From: Monocercomonoides exilis PA203
Lineage: Eukaryota > Protista > Preaxostyla
DNA: 64,000 bases
Direction of reading: 5' to 3'
Assembly: GCA_001643675.2 (NCBI GenBank)
Contig: LSRY02000032.1
Location: 682,001 to 746,000 of the forward strand
Numbering within the stretch: position 1 is the stretch's first letter; the number at the start of each line of letters is the position of its first letter. The translations under genes were made by a program, and so were the position numbers. The notes below the pieces were generated by a model. It had not been told where the DNA came from. It saw only the letters and a list, made by a program, of their open reading frames with translations, and ran no database searches. Positions 38,801-50,900 of this stretch are shown here, piece by piece.

Positions 38801-41800
38801 TGTGGTGATCCTGAAGCCTTTAGCACAGGCACTGCGCGATGGCGACCGCATCTATTCGACGATCCTGGCATCGCTGCTGAACCAGGACGGAAGAAGCAAT
38901 GGACTCACTGCACCGAACGGACTTGCACAGCAGGCGCTGCTGAAGGGTGTGTATGCGAAGGCAGGAATCGATCCGTCGGAGGTGTCGTTCATCGAGACAC
39001 ACGGAACAGGTACGAAGCTTGGCGATCCAGTGGAGGTGCAGTCGCTGTGTGCTGTGTTGTGCCAGAAGGGCAGAGACGCAGAGACAGCTCCACTGCATTT
39101 GGGATCAGTGAAGTCAAGGATTGGGCATTCAGAGTCAGCTGCTGGTGTGGCGTCGCTGATCAAAACGAGTCTGACGTTGTGGAAGAGGAAGCTGACACCG
39201 AATCTGCATGTGAAGGAGCCGAACGAGATGATTGCGTGGAAGGAGTATCCATGTCTGCATGTTCCGGTGGAGTGCAGCACACTCTATTCGCAGGAGTATC
39301 TGAAGCAGTTGAAGAAACAGCATCTCCCTCTTCCGCAATACGATGTGCCTGAATCGAGTGAGAAGAGCGACGAGGAAGAGGAAAGTGCAGCAGGAGAAGA
39401 CAAAGGCACTTTGTATGCAGGATTGTCTTCATTTGGATTTGGTGGGACGAATGCACACATTGTGGTGCAGAGCCCACTTTCGTCGTGGGAGCCAAAAAGA
39501 CACAGTGGGAAGCAGTCGAAACGGACACACTTTATGCTTCCTCTGTCAGCACGCTCAGACAGCGCATTGCAGAACCTGGCAGGGAAGTATCGCGACTACA
39601 TCTTGTCATCAGCATCTTTGAGGAAGATGAAGAAGAGCCAGGCGAAGGAAGAAGGAGAAAAGCGGATTGAATTCTTTGATGCACCTGCTGATCTCCAGGC
39701 TGCTGATTTGTGCTACACAGCTGCCTTCAGAAGACAGCATCTGTCGCATCGTGGATGCTTCTGTGCATCATCACTCGAAGAGCTGGCAGAAGAGCTCGAC
39801 CGCTTTGCACGACAGGCGCCTGCACCAGAAAGAGCGAAGGGAGAACCAGCAAAGACAGCCACTGTGACGGGAACGCTTCCTGTTTCAACAGTTCAGAGAC
39901 GTGTGGGATTTGTCTTCACTGGACAGGGATCTCATTGGCTTTCGATGGGAAAGAGATTGATTGAGAGCGAGCCTGTGGTGAAGAGGACAATTGCACAGAT
40001 AGATGCACTGGCACAACGTGTGTTTGCTTCATTGAAGGCAGAAGATCCAAAGAGGAAAGTATTTGAGTTCTCCATCATGGAGGAGCTGATGAATGAAGAT
40101 GAGAAGGAATCACACATGAAATCTACAGCAGTGTCGCAGCCATGCATATTTGCAGTGGAGGTAGCACTGGCAGAGCTGGTGAAGTCGTGGGGTGTGGAGG
40201 CGTCGGCGGTGGTGGGGCATTCGATTGGGGAGATTGCAGCGAGTGTGGTGTGTGGAGCGATGAGCATGGAGGAGGCAGTGCGTCTGGTGGTGATCCGTGG
40301 GGAGTGCATGAGCCGAGCGAAGGAAGGCGGGGCGATGGCGGCAGTGGAGATGTCAGTGGAGGAGGTGATGAAAGTGCTGGAGAAGTGTGGGGTGAAAGAG
40401 AGCTCGGTGACGATTGGGGCGTGGAACAGCCCAACATCGGTGACGCTGTCAGGAGAGACAGGAGCGATGGACAAAGTGCTTGGGGAGCTGGAGAAGACAG
40501 GAGTGTTCTGCCGGAAACTGGATGTGTCGTCAGCGTTCCACACGTGGTACATGGACTCGGCGCGGGAAGAGCTGGAGAAGCGACTGGGGGTTGTGAAGAA
40601 CACACATGGGAAGATTGCGTTTGTGTCGACAGTGAGTGGGGAAGAGATTGATGGAGAAGAGCTGACTGGAGAGTATTGGGGAAAACAAATCAGATCTCAA
40701 GTCAAATTCTCCAAGGCAATTGAGTATATGATCAAGTCACCACTTCACATCAACACATTCATCGAGCTTGGCCCACACACATCGCTGCTGGGCTATATTA
40801 AGCGTGTTGCTGCTGTGGCTTCATCAGCACCATCATCGATTCAGCTTGTGGGATCATTGCGCAAAGGAGAGAATGAAAGTCTGTCGATGCTGTCAGCATT
40901 GGGACATTTGTTCTGTGGAGGAATGAAGCCGAAGTGGAGCCAGGTGGGTGGATACGATGGAGTGTTTGTCCGAGCACCAACATATGCATGGGATCACGCG
41001 AGCTATTGGCTGAACGACTCGATCATCAGCCACTCAATCAGTGCGAGGATGTCACCAATCACAGGAAAGATGGTCAGCGGACGATCGAATTCAGCAGAGC
41101 TGGCCAAGATGCAGGGAATGGACTCACTCTCCATTCTGAACGGAACACCCACAACGCATCCACTTCTCCGCTTCCACACAGAATATGCAGGAGGCATCCA
41201 CATCTGGGAGACTCCGCTGAAGAAGGACGAGTCTGCTCGTCGCTTCATCTACGACCATTATGTGATTGGGGCAGTGCTTGTGCCTGGTGTGACATACATC
41301 GAGATGGGTCTTGGACTGTCAGCACTTCTCAATGGAGACGGACCGCACACAATCACAGACATCCGATTCGACAAGCCGCAGTTTTTGAACGTGGAAGATC
41401 CACGACACTACCAAATCCATCTGGTTCCAGTGCCAACCACATCAAGCGAGGCTGTTGGAACAATCGACATCTATTCACGTGCACCAGTTGCAGAAGACGA
41501 TGCCAAATCTTCTTCTGCCTCTGCTTCGGCATCATCATCATCAGAGAAATCAGGTGCCAGTGGTGAAGACAGCTCGAAGGTGCAGTGGACACATCACGCA
41601 TCGATGACAACACACTTTTTGAGAGAAGACGGTTGGTATTCTGCTCCCAAACAGGCCCAGCTGCAGAAGAAAGTTGATCTGAAGAAGCTGAAAGAGCGAT
41701 GCCCGAACGAGCTGACAAGAGCAGAGTATTACGACGAGCTGTTTGAGAGAGGACTGCAGCTGCGAGATCGGTTCAAGGGGGTGACGAATGTGTATTTGTC

Positions 41801-44800
41801 AGACACAGAATGCTTGGCAAGGATTCAGCTGGCAGAAGGAAACGACCGAAGAGGAATGCATCTGCACCCGACGATGCTGGACTCTTCGCTGCAGTGTGCA
41901 GGAGCAATGCTTCTGTTCCACCGGACGTTGACCGACAAGCGGGGCATCTACTTGCCAGTCTCGCTGGACAAACTGCATTCGTGGCGCCAGTGGCCAGATG
42001 TGGTGTTTGCGTGGGTGCGTCTGCTGTCCTTCCAAGAGAACTCGCTGCTGGTGGACATCACAGTGTATGACGAAGAGGGGCTGGAGGTGGCTGACATCCA
42101 CCACTTCCGCTGCAGATACGTGGAGGACACACGAAATGTGGAGGACGACATGTATAACGTGATCTGGACAGAAAGCTTGCTGAAGGCAGAGGACGAGATT
42201 AAGCACAAGGAAGCAGAGGATGAAGACGGAAATGCCGAAGAAAGAGAGAAAGGAGATGATGGTGAGATAGAGAAGATTGTGCCAGAGGGAGAGAAGAAAG
42301 CGAAGGAAAGCTATGTTGTGCTGCTGTGCGGCGACGAAGAGACTCCACAGAACAAAAGAGTGAATCGACTGGCAAAAGCGCTGACAGAAAGCGGATTCGC
42401 TGTGTATAGAATATATTTCAGTGAAAATGGAGCCGGATTTGATGGAAAGAAGAAGATCGCTCGGGTGAGGATGGTGGAGAAAGAAGACTACGAAAAAGCG
42501 CTGACACAAATTGCAGAGGCTGCTTCGAAATCTGGACGAAATGTTTGTGCAGCCATCATTCATGGAGCATTGCTGAATGATGAGACACTTCTTGCAGCTG
42601 AAGGCGCAACAGAAGCTACACTTCACAAAGTTCAATATGATGGATGCTTGTCTGCGCTTCAGATTGTGCAGTCCATAATGACTCAAACTGCTCCTCCTCG
42701 TCTGTTTATTCTGACAGCAGGAGCACATGATATCAAGTGCAGAAACAATGAAGCAGCAGCACTTGTTCAACCAGGTGCGTTCTCTATGTGGGGCTTTGGA
42801 GGAGTTGTGCAGAGCGAATGCCCGACACTGCGTGCAACGTTGATTGACTTCACCAACACCGGAAAGGACGAACTGGACGAAGAAGAAGCTAAAACATTTG
42901 CACAGCTGGTGACAGTTGGCTCGCTTCAACAGAATGTGATTGCATCGATTGCAGCAGCAGACAGTGAAGCGTTGAGAGAGGAAGAAAGTTCATCAGCATC
43001 GAATGAAAAGAAAGAAACAGCCAACAACGGAACAGCATCATCACCTGCAATGCTTGCACTCGAACAGAATGTTGCTCTCTCGCACAATCGTGTCTTTGTG
43101 GATCGAATTGCAAAGGCACAACGTCCAGTTATTCCAATTTCAACAGAAATGGCTGGATTCGATTCACCGCTAGCATGGAGACTGGAGATTGGCAAGCCAG
43201 GCAATCTGCAGACTCTCCGTGCTGTGGAGATTCCTCCAATTTCAGCAGATAAATGCGATCCAGTTACACACAGACGAAACCCAGAAGCTGAAGAGCTGGA
43301 GCTAAAGGTGTATGCAGTTGGAGTGAACTTCCGAGATGTTCTGAAGTCGATGGGGCTGTATCCAGCAGAATTTGACGAGACACTTTATTTGGGAGCTGAA
43401 TGCTCAGGTATTGTGACAAAGGTTGGAAAGGATGTGAAGAGCGTGAAAGTGGGTGATCGTGTTGTTGTTTGTGCATCTTCGTGCTTTGCGTCATATGTCA
43501 TTGCGAAGGAGGCCTACACAGCTGTAATTCCAGAGAACATCTCGTTTGAAGAGGCTGCATCGCTTCTGGGTCCGTTTTTGACCGCACATTACGGACTGGT
43601 GACTGAAGCTCGCATCAAAAAGGGAGAAAAAGTGCTGGTGCATCTGGGATCTGGTGGTGTTGGTATGGCAGCGATCATCATCTGCAACTACTTTGGATGC
43701 GAGGTGTTTACCACAGCTGGGTCGCCAAAGAAACAAGAAGTTGTGACGAAACCTCCATTCAACGTGAAGCCTGAAAACGTGTTCAGCTCTCGAACACTGG
43801 CATTTGTGGATGGAATTCGTGAGAGGACAAACGGAAGAGGAGTGGATGTGGTGTTGAACTCACTGACTGGTGAAGGGCTGGAAGAAGGCTTCAGATTGTT
43901 GGCACCACGCGGACGATTTGTGGAGATTGGCAAAAGAGACATTTACGATAATTCAAGAATCGGAATGCAACCATTTGCTGAGAACTGCACATTTATTGGA
44001 GTTGCAATGGACGATTTATTTGGAGATGACGAGGAGGTTGGATCAGCTGTCATGAAAGAAGCAATGGAACTGTTTGCAACAAAAGCTTACACTCCAATTC
44101 CATACATTGCATATCCAATAAGCGATGTGACGTCCGCTTTCTTGCTGATGGCTGGAGCAAAGCACATTGGAAAGATTGTGTTGACGTTGCATGATGCTCC
44201 TGCTATTCCTGTGGAAATGCGTCCAATTCGCTCTCTGACTGCGAAGGAGGATGTGGATGACGGTGCATTCGTTGTGACAGGAGGATTGGGTGGCCTTGGC
44301 CAAGCTCTTCTTCGATGGCTGGCTCAGCGAGGAGCCACACAGCTGGCTGTTCTGGAGATGCGAAGTGAAGAAGAGATGAGAGAAAGAGACAAGACAAACA
44401 CGATTGGTCGGTGCTTGGACTCTCTTCGTCACCACGGATGCCGAGTGGAGGTGTTTGTGACAGATGTGTCAGACAAAGCGAAGTGCAAGGCAGCAGTTGA
44501 TGCTGCACGAAAATCATTTGGAAAGATTGTTGGAGTGTTCCATCTGGCTGGCATCATCGACGACTGCCTCATCGACCAGCTGGATGCCAAGCGATTCCTG
44601 CGTGTGTGTGCCCCTAAGATTTCAGGAGGATGGAATCTGCACGAAGCAACACTCCCCGACAAGCAGACACTGCGATACTTTGTGCTGTTTTCTTCGGTTG
44701 CAGCTATTCTTGGACAGCCAGGACAGACAAATTATGCTGCCGCAAACTCATTCTTGAACGGTCTTGCACAATATCGAAGATCTGCTGGTCTGCCTGTGAC

Positions 44801-46373
44801 ATGTCTGAATTGGGGTCCGTTGAGTGGAGCTGGAATGATGGCGCGAAATGAGGAGCTGACAAAAGCAACAGAAGCACAAGGCATCCACATGATCACAATC
44901 AAACAGATGCTGACTGCAATGCACATCATCATTGACAGAGATCTGAAGCTGCACAAAGAACCAGCAAAGAAAGAGAAAGGAGAGAAGAGTGAAGAGACAG
45001 CAGAAAGGAATTGCTCAGAGTGGTCGACTGGAGTGCTGCAGGTTGACTGGGAAAGGTGGTTCAGCCGCAACCCATTTGCTGCGAGATCACCTCGTTTCTC
45101 GTATCTTTCATCGAAGTCTGCGCAGGCAAGCCATTCAGCCGCGCTGAAGCTGAGGAAAGCGGTGCTGAGTGAGCAGAACGAAGAGAAGCAAATAGCAATG
45201 CTGGGAGAGGTGCTGACACGACTGGTGAGCGGAGTGACTGGACTGGCTGAATCAGCAATTCCGGCAGAGCGACCTTTGAACGAAATGGGCTTGGATTCGA
45301 TGGTTGCAGTTGAATTGAGAGCACGGATGGACCAGGAGATCGGATATTCAGTTCCAATTGTGACATTCGTGCAGGGTGCATCTGTGAAGGCTGTGTGCGA
45401 AAACATTCTGGAGCAGATGAAAGGCTCTTCACAGTCTTCATCTTCCTCTGCCTCCGCTTCATCATCTGCTTCATCATCTTCTGCTTCGAGCAGCACAGGT
45501 TCCAAGAGCGAAGCGATGGTGGAGCTGACGAAGGGATCAGGAGCAGTCTATGCTATTGTGTGCCAAGCAGGTGGAGTGGCATCTTCAATGAACGGACTTG
45601 CAAATCATATGACACAAATGCTGAAGAGAGGCGTAGTGGCATTTGAAGATCCATCACTTTATGGAACGGCAGCTCCATTCAAGTCAGTGAAGGAAATGGC
45701 CACGCAATACATCGCACTGCTGAAGGAGAAGCAACCGAAAGGCCCATATTCATTGTGCGGATTCTCATTTGGTGGCTTTGTGGCACAAGAAATGGCACAT
45801 CAGCTGATCGAGAAAGGCGAAGAGGTGGCAACACTGTCGCTGGTGGATCCTCCATCACCATCTCTGTGTGGTGCAAAGACAACGAGAGGAAGATCAGAGA
45901 CATGTGCCGTGCTGTTGATGGCAGCTGGAGTGAAGGGAACAGCAAAGGTGAACGACAGCGTGGCAAAGCGAGTGATGAAGCGGTTGAGCGAAGTGAAGGA
46001 GGACAGCAGCGAGGCAAGATGGAGCGTGTGTGTGGAAGAGCTGAAGAAGATTGGAGTGATCACAAGGCCAGGAGAGGAAACAGTGCTGAAGAAGACTTGG
46101 ACAGTTATTGCCAACGAGATTGAACTGCTTCCATCACATCACCCAGGTATCATTGCTGGAAGCAGCGGATCAACAACTAAGTGCGTATTGTACCAGCCGC
46201 AGCAGAACAAGAAGTTTGTGAAGGATTTGTTGCTTCTGGACGAGGCAGAGAGCGAGTGGCGCAAGGTTATTCCATCTCTTCAGGCTGTGCCTATTCCTGG
46301 AGATCATTGGACAATCATCGGTGCAGAACTCATGGATGAGACAGCTGATCGGCTGGCTAAGGCTGAACAATGA
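29860..46373 (+). CDS. Bimodular type I polyketide synthase with FAAL loading module: FAAL-ACP-KS-AT-KR-ACP-KS-AT-DH-ER-KR-ACP-TE (~5,414 aa)
   Basis: Exons 29860-29904, 30087-30336 and 30424-46373 splice in frame. FAAL: FLQYTSGSTGVPKGV, WLPLYHDMGLIG, FGLAEATL, RTGDLG, KTTSGKIQR. ACP serines: GIDS, GLDS, GLDS. KS: DTACSSS/DSACSSS, HGTGT and IGHSE (twice). AT: GHSIGE and SAFH (twice). DH: DHYVIGAVLVPG and HPTMLDSSLQ. ER: NFRDV and GSGGVG. KR: TGGFGGFG...YASAN and TGGLGGLG...IIDD...YAAAN. TE: GFSFGG...GDHW. Confidence 0.95.
34760..35349 (+). repeat. 590-bp direct repeat, copy 1 (core of AT domain, module 1)
   Basis: Matches 40121-40710 at offset 5361 with one mismatch seen (34775 A vs 40136 G). 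The off-frame 169-aa ORFs over both copies are identical. Confidence 0.95.
40121..40710 (+). repeat. 590-bp direct repeat, copy 2 (core of AT domain, module 2)
   Basis: Near-identical to 34760-35349. Confidence 0.95.
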
Positions 46374-46775
46374 GGGAGAACAGAGGGGACAACGATTGCC
46401 AAGGTTCCAGAACGATTCGTTGGATTACAGAAAGCACACTCTATTCAATTATAAATTTTTTGTTCTGTATGTTTTGAAATTTCTGTTTGTATTTATTTTT
46501 TTAGACAGTTTTTGTCATGAATGAATTTGTGCAGAGGAGCTACAGCTGCTTCAAACGAAAAAACAACACATCACTTCCTTCAAATTCTTGACAATTTCTG
46601 ATCTATTCCTAACACTCACACACGTCTTTTGCATCTCATATTTATCTCATGAATAGCCATTATATTCTCTTCACCTTCTTTTGTTTTGAAGTGTTGAAAT
46701 GATGAAATGAATACAAATCATTAAAACAACGATTTTAAAAAATAAACACTAAAAGAACTACAAAATAAAGGAAAA

Positions 46776-47712
46776 TCAATATATTTCACCTCCAAGTTCT
46801 TTAATTTCTTCATCTAACTTTTGAATTTTTATTAATATTTTACTTAATTCATCGTTTTTTCGTTTTTCTTTCCATAGTGTGAAATCTAAATATTCTCCTC
46901 TCGTACGTATGAGATTCGAAATACGTTTTGTTTCTTCAAGCAATTCGTTATTCTTCGTTTCAAGTTGCTTTATGGATTTTTGAAGTGGATTAAGATCATC
47001 ATTTGGCTCATCTTGAAAAATCAAACATTGGCTAACACTTTCAGATACTACTGGAGGATTATCAATTTTTTTGGTCGGTAAATAATCGTGCAAATCATCT
47101 GGTTGATCACTTTTCGACGTTTGGCTGTCTGGGCTTGGCAACTGCTCTTTCTTATCATCTTTTTTTAATAATGCCAAATCAACCTCTTTTATTTCCAGTC
47201 GCATGGACAAATGTGAATACTGATTGTTTAACTTTGAAAGACGCTCTTCTGCTTCGCGGATTTTAACTTCAATTCTATTTAACTCTTTCTTTCTTGTTTT
47301 CAATGTTCTTCCTATTTCTCCATGACTTTCAACTACACTTTCATAAGCATCGATTAAAGCATCCATAAATGCTTCCTTTAGAACAAAATTAAAAAAATAA
47401 TGTGTAATTTACAGATTCATACTGCAGATTCAAATGATGATTCCTTAATATCAGCTTTTGAGGAAGACTTAGTCTGTGAATCGTTAGATTTTGAGCTAAT
47501 ATCACTAGGTATAAGGGATTCAATCTTTTGCTAAAAACGCACATCATTTATTTTTTTAAAAATGTAGATTAATATATTTTTTTATAATTTTCATTTCAAA
47601 CTTGATTCTGCTGTAGTGATGGAAGGTGTTGAGGTTTTATAGGTTCTGGGCCAATTTCTTTTTGTCGAATCTCAAAGGTTTGCGATTTAGAAAAGTCTTG
47701 TATCTCGCACAT
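46776..47712 (-). CDS. Hypothetical coiled-coil protein (3 exons)
   Basis: ATG at 47712 (MCEIQDFSKSQ...). Two phase-0 GT-AG introns lead into ORF 46776-47366, which has heptad-like K/E/L-rich segments. Confidence 0.6.
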
Positions 47713-47971
47713 TAAGGATTGAAAAAATTATTTCGAAAAATGTGATCTAAGAAATAAAAAATTTTTTATTTATTAAATACTTAATGTTTCACAAAAAAGA
47801 ACAAAACAAATTGAATAATAATTTACACCTTTCACAAATGGCTATAATTTCCGAATTTTTCCCATTTAAAAAGGGAAAAAATGAAATATAAATTATAAAT
47901 AATTAATTTGCAACTTCAAGAGGAATTCGATAGTCACCAAATTTTAAAACTCTACTCAAATTGAATCTTGT

Positions 47972-50900
47972 TCAAACATCTGTTACAGTGTCCTCCTTGT
48001 TACTGTCTTTTTGATTTGCCAAATCATCGTTATCTAAATCTTTTTGTAAAGGCTTCTTCTTCTTCTTTCTTTTTCTTTTTCTTCGCACAGAAGGAGAGTC
48101 AGCATCTCCAACCTTTGAATCAAACTCTTCCCCAACAATAAAGTCTTCTTCCATCGTATTGCGAGATCTTCCTGAGCCATCCTTGCCTCTGGACGTTATT
48201 ATAACATGGGACGTGCGATACGGAGAATCTGACCCATTCCTCTCCTTCAGTAGTGGATAAAGCATCGCTCTTTCTTCTTTGTCCATGCTGCTGTCATCTT
48301 CCTCATACTCTGAGCCATCTTCATCGTAGCCTTCTTCTTCTCCTCCGTCTTCATGCTGCACATCAGCACCTCCCATCTCTTCTCTCTCCAGATCTGACAG
48401 TCGAACTTGGTGCTGGTGCATCTCATCTCCTCCTTTATGCTCATTTGCCATTGAAACATCATTCTCGTTCTCTGCGTAATCCATCTCTTCTGCCCCTCTT
48501 CTCCTCATTTTCCTTCCAGAATTCCGCTGCTGCTCGTCCCTTCCTTCTGCTTTTCTCTCCTTTGCAGCGTGTGCCAGTCTGCGCGGAGTCATCCAGTTGA
48601 GAAAGTTGTGCAGTCCAGTCTCCATCATTGAGGTGTCGTCGTTCATCTCCTCCACCAGCGCTGTAGCTGCAGCAGATGTGGGCGTGTCAAACGTTGACAG
48701 TGCCTGTGCATTTCTCCGAGTGCGCGAAGGAGTAGTGAAAATTGGGATGTTGGGATTAGTCTGCGAGAGATGGAACGAGTGGGAGACAGGCAGTGCGTGC
48801 ATTGAAGGTGACAGTGATCTTTGATGGGACGATGAATTTGTGAGAGAAGGCGTAAGAACAGAGCCATCGACTGATATCTCCATGCTTGGCACCAAGCCAT
48901 TTTTGCTGCCAGAGCGAATTTCGTTTCTGCCTCGAGAAGGAGTCAGCAGCATCACTGGCTCATTCCGCTCAATTATCCCTTGTGACAGCGGAGGTGTGAC
49001 AATCATTTGCCTCCTATCGTTTTCTCTCTCTTTCCTTCTGGCTGCTTCACTTCCTCCGTCTGTCATTTCAGCAGAGGAAGAGCGTGTTGGAGTCGGATGC
49101 TTTGAGCGATTGCCCTTCGAATGACTGTGTGACGAAGGCGATGAGTGTGCTGAATGGTCTGCATTGTCGTCAGTAAACGAGTCAATGACAGGAAGAAGGC
49201 GCGATGTTCGAAGTGTGTTGGTTCCGAGCCGAAATGAAGGAGAAAAAATAGTCTGCGGAATATCTTCACCGTTGTTTGTGTCTGAATGAACGGGAGTGAT
49301 TGGACGAGACGGTGGCTTAGAGCCAGAATGTGACTCATTGGAAAAGGACAATTCTGGTGAGAGCTTTGATGAAGTGGAAGACGATGCGTTTGCAGACGAG
49401 CCTGAAAATGAAGAGGACAAGGAAGTCAGAGACGGGTTGAACGATTTTGGTGAGAGATTTGTGTCTGATAAGCTGGAAAGGTGTTGATGGAGCGGTGAAT
49501 TGAACGAGTCGATGTCTGAGAGCTGCGAGTTTGGCGAGGGTGGGATTGGTGTCAGAGGAGCATGTGTAGATAAGAAATGACCAGAAGGTGAAGAAAGTGT
49601 GGATGTTGGAGGAGGATACGGAAGCGTTGGAGAGTCAAACATTGTATTCATCATCCGGTTGGGGCTCAGAAAAGGTGTCGCATTTGACGTGTAAGTTGCA
49701 TTGGAGAAATTGTTGGATGAAAGCATTGAAGATGTTGATGGAGTCTGCTGCACTGGATATCCCAATGAAAATGCGTCTGATGTGTTGAGCATGCCCGTTC
49801 CATTGTTGTTCACTCTGGGTGTGAATGAGGTGGATGGGGAGAACAGAAGGAGCGGACGATTTGAGGTGAAAGACGGGGAAACGGTGCCGAAGGATGATGG
49901 AGATGTTGGAGATGTTGGAGGAGTGATCGCATGGAACGAACCATATTCGTTAGAATCGGAATAATATGATGGAATCGACGTAGTCAGTCCAGTAGAAGAG
50001 TATATCGTAGATGGCTGTGTGGGATGGAAACCAGGTGTTGTATCAGTCATTGATCTTGAATTGAAAACAGATGGAGTATAGGTAAATGCTGGAGTGGTGT
50101 GATAAAAGTCCTGATGAAGTGATAATGACTGGACCGATGCTGTTTCTGTGTATCCGAAAGGATACTGCAGTGAAGAATGCGAAGAAGGTGTGTCAGAAAC
50201 AGAAGAAAGCATTCCTGCTGGTATGATTGATGGAGATGTTGATGATTCATTTGAAGGGGCAATTGTGATTGGCGGAAGAGGAGCAGGCAGAATTGGATGT
50301 GGAACGACTGGGATAAGTGCAGGTGTTGTGATGGAAGGCGACAAAGTCGAAGACTGCTGGCTGAGTGTGGTCTGGCTGTCTCCAGTTACAGTTGGTGATG
50401 GCTGTATTGAAGGTGTGAATCCAGAAGGTACACCATCATAGTAGTGTTTGAGTGAGGAGGTCGATGGAGAAGAGAAGTTTCTTGTGCGAGGCGTTGAGTC
50501 TACCAATAATCCGTCACTTTGTGCTGTGGGGAAGGAAGGCATGGCTGAGACGGTTGGGACAGTTGAGATGACTGTGCTTGATGCTTCTGGTGAAGACGCA
50601 AAAGCAGCAAGGAAAATGTTCATCAGCTTGACTGAATCGAACGAAGAAAGAGAGCATGTTTCGAAGTCAGATGCATCTGTGCTTGAGCTCTCATCTGCAG
50701 ACAGCTCAGCTGCGAGTGCCTCTTCCTCAGCTATTCGCTCATCGCGTGGAATCTTCGACAGATCATTCGAATCCGCATTCGCACTCGATGAAGCCTCAAC
50801 ATTCTGGTCTTCCTCCATTTTGATGTCTATGTGTGCATCGGTGGTTTTTATTTCTTCTTCCATTTGAATCGATGCTTCGCTTTTGACAAATGTTTCTGCT

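Noticed and set aside
30435-46373. Higher GC of the PKS as a sign of contamination or recent HGT
   Set aside because: Kinesin and CXC-gene long exons are similarly GC-elevated, and the PKS has in-frame spliceosomal introns.
29860-47712. A multi-gene biosynthetic cluster around the PKS
   Set aside because: The neighbours are UTP4, a coiled-coil protein and a CXC protein. No tailoring enzyme, transporter or PPTase is recognisable.
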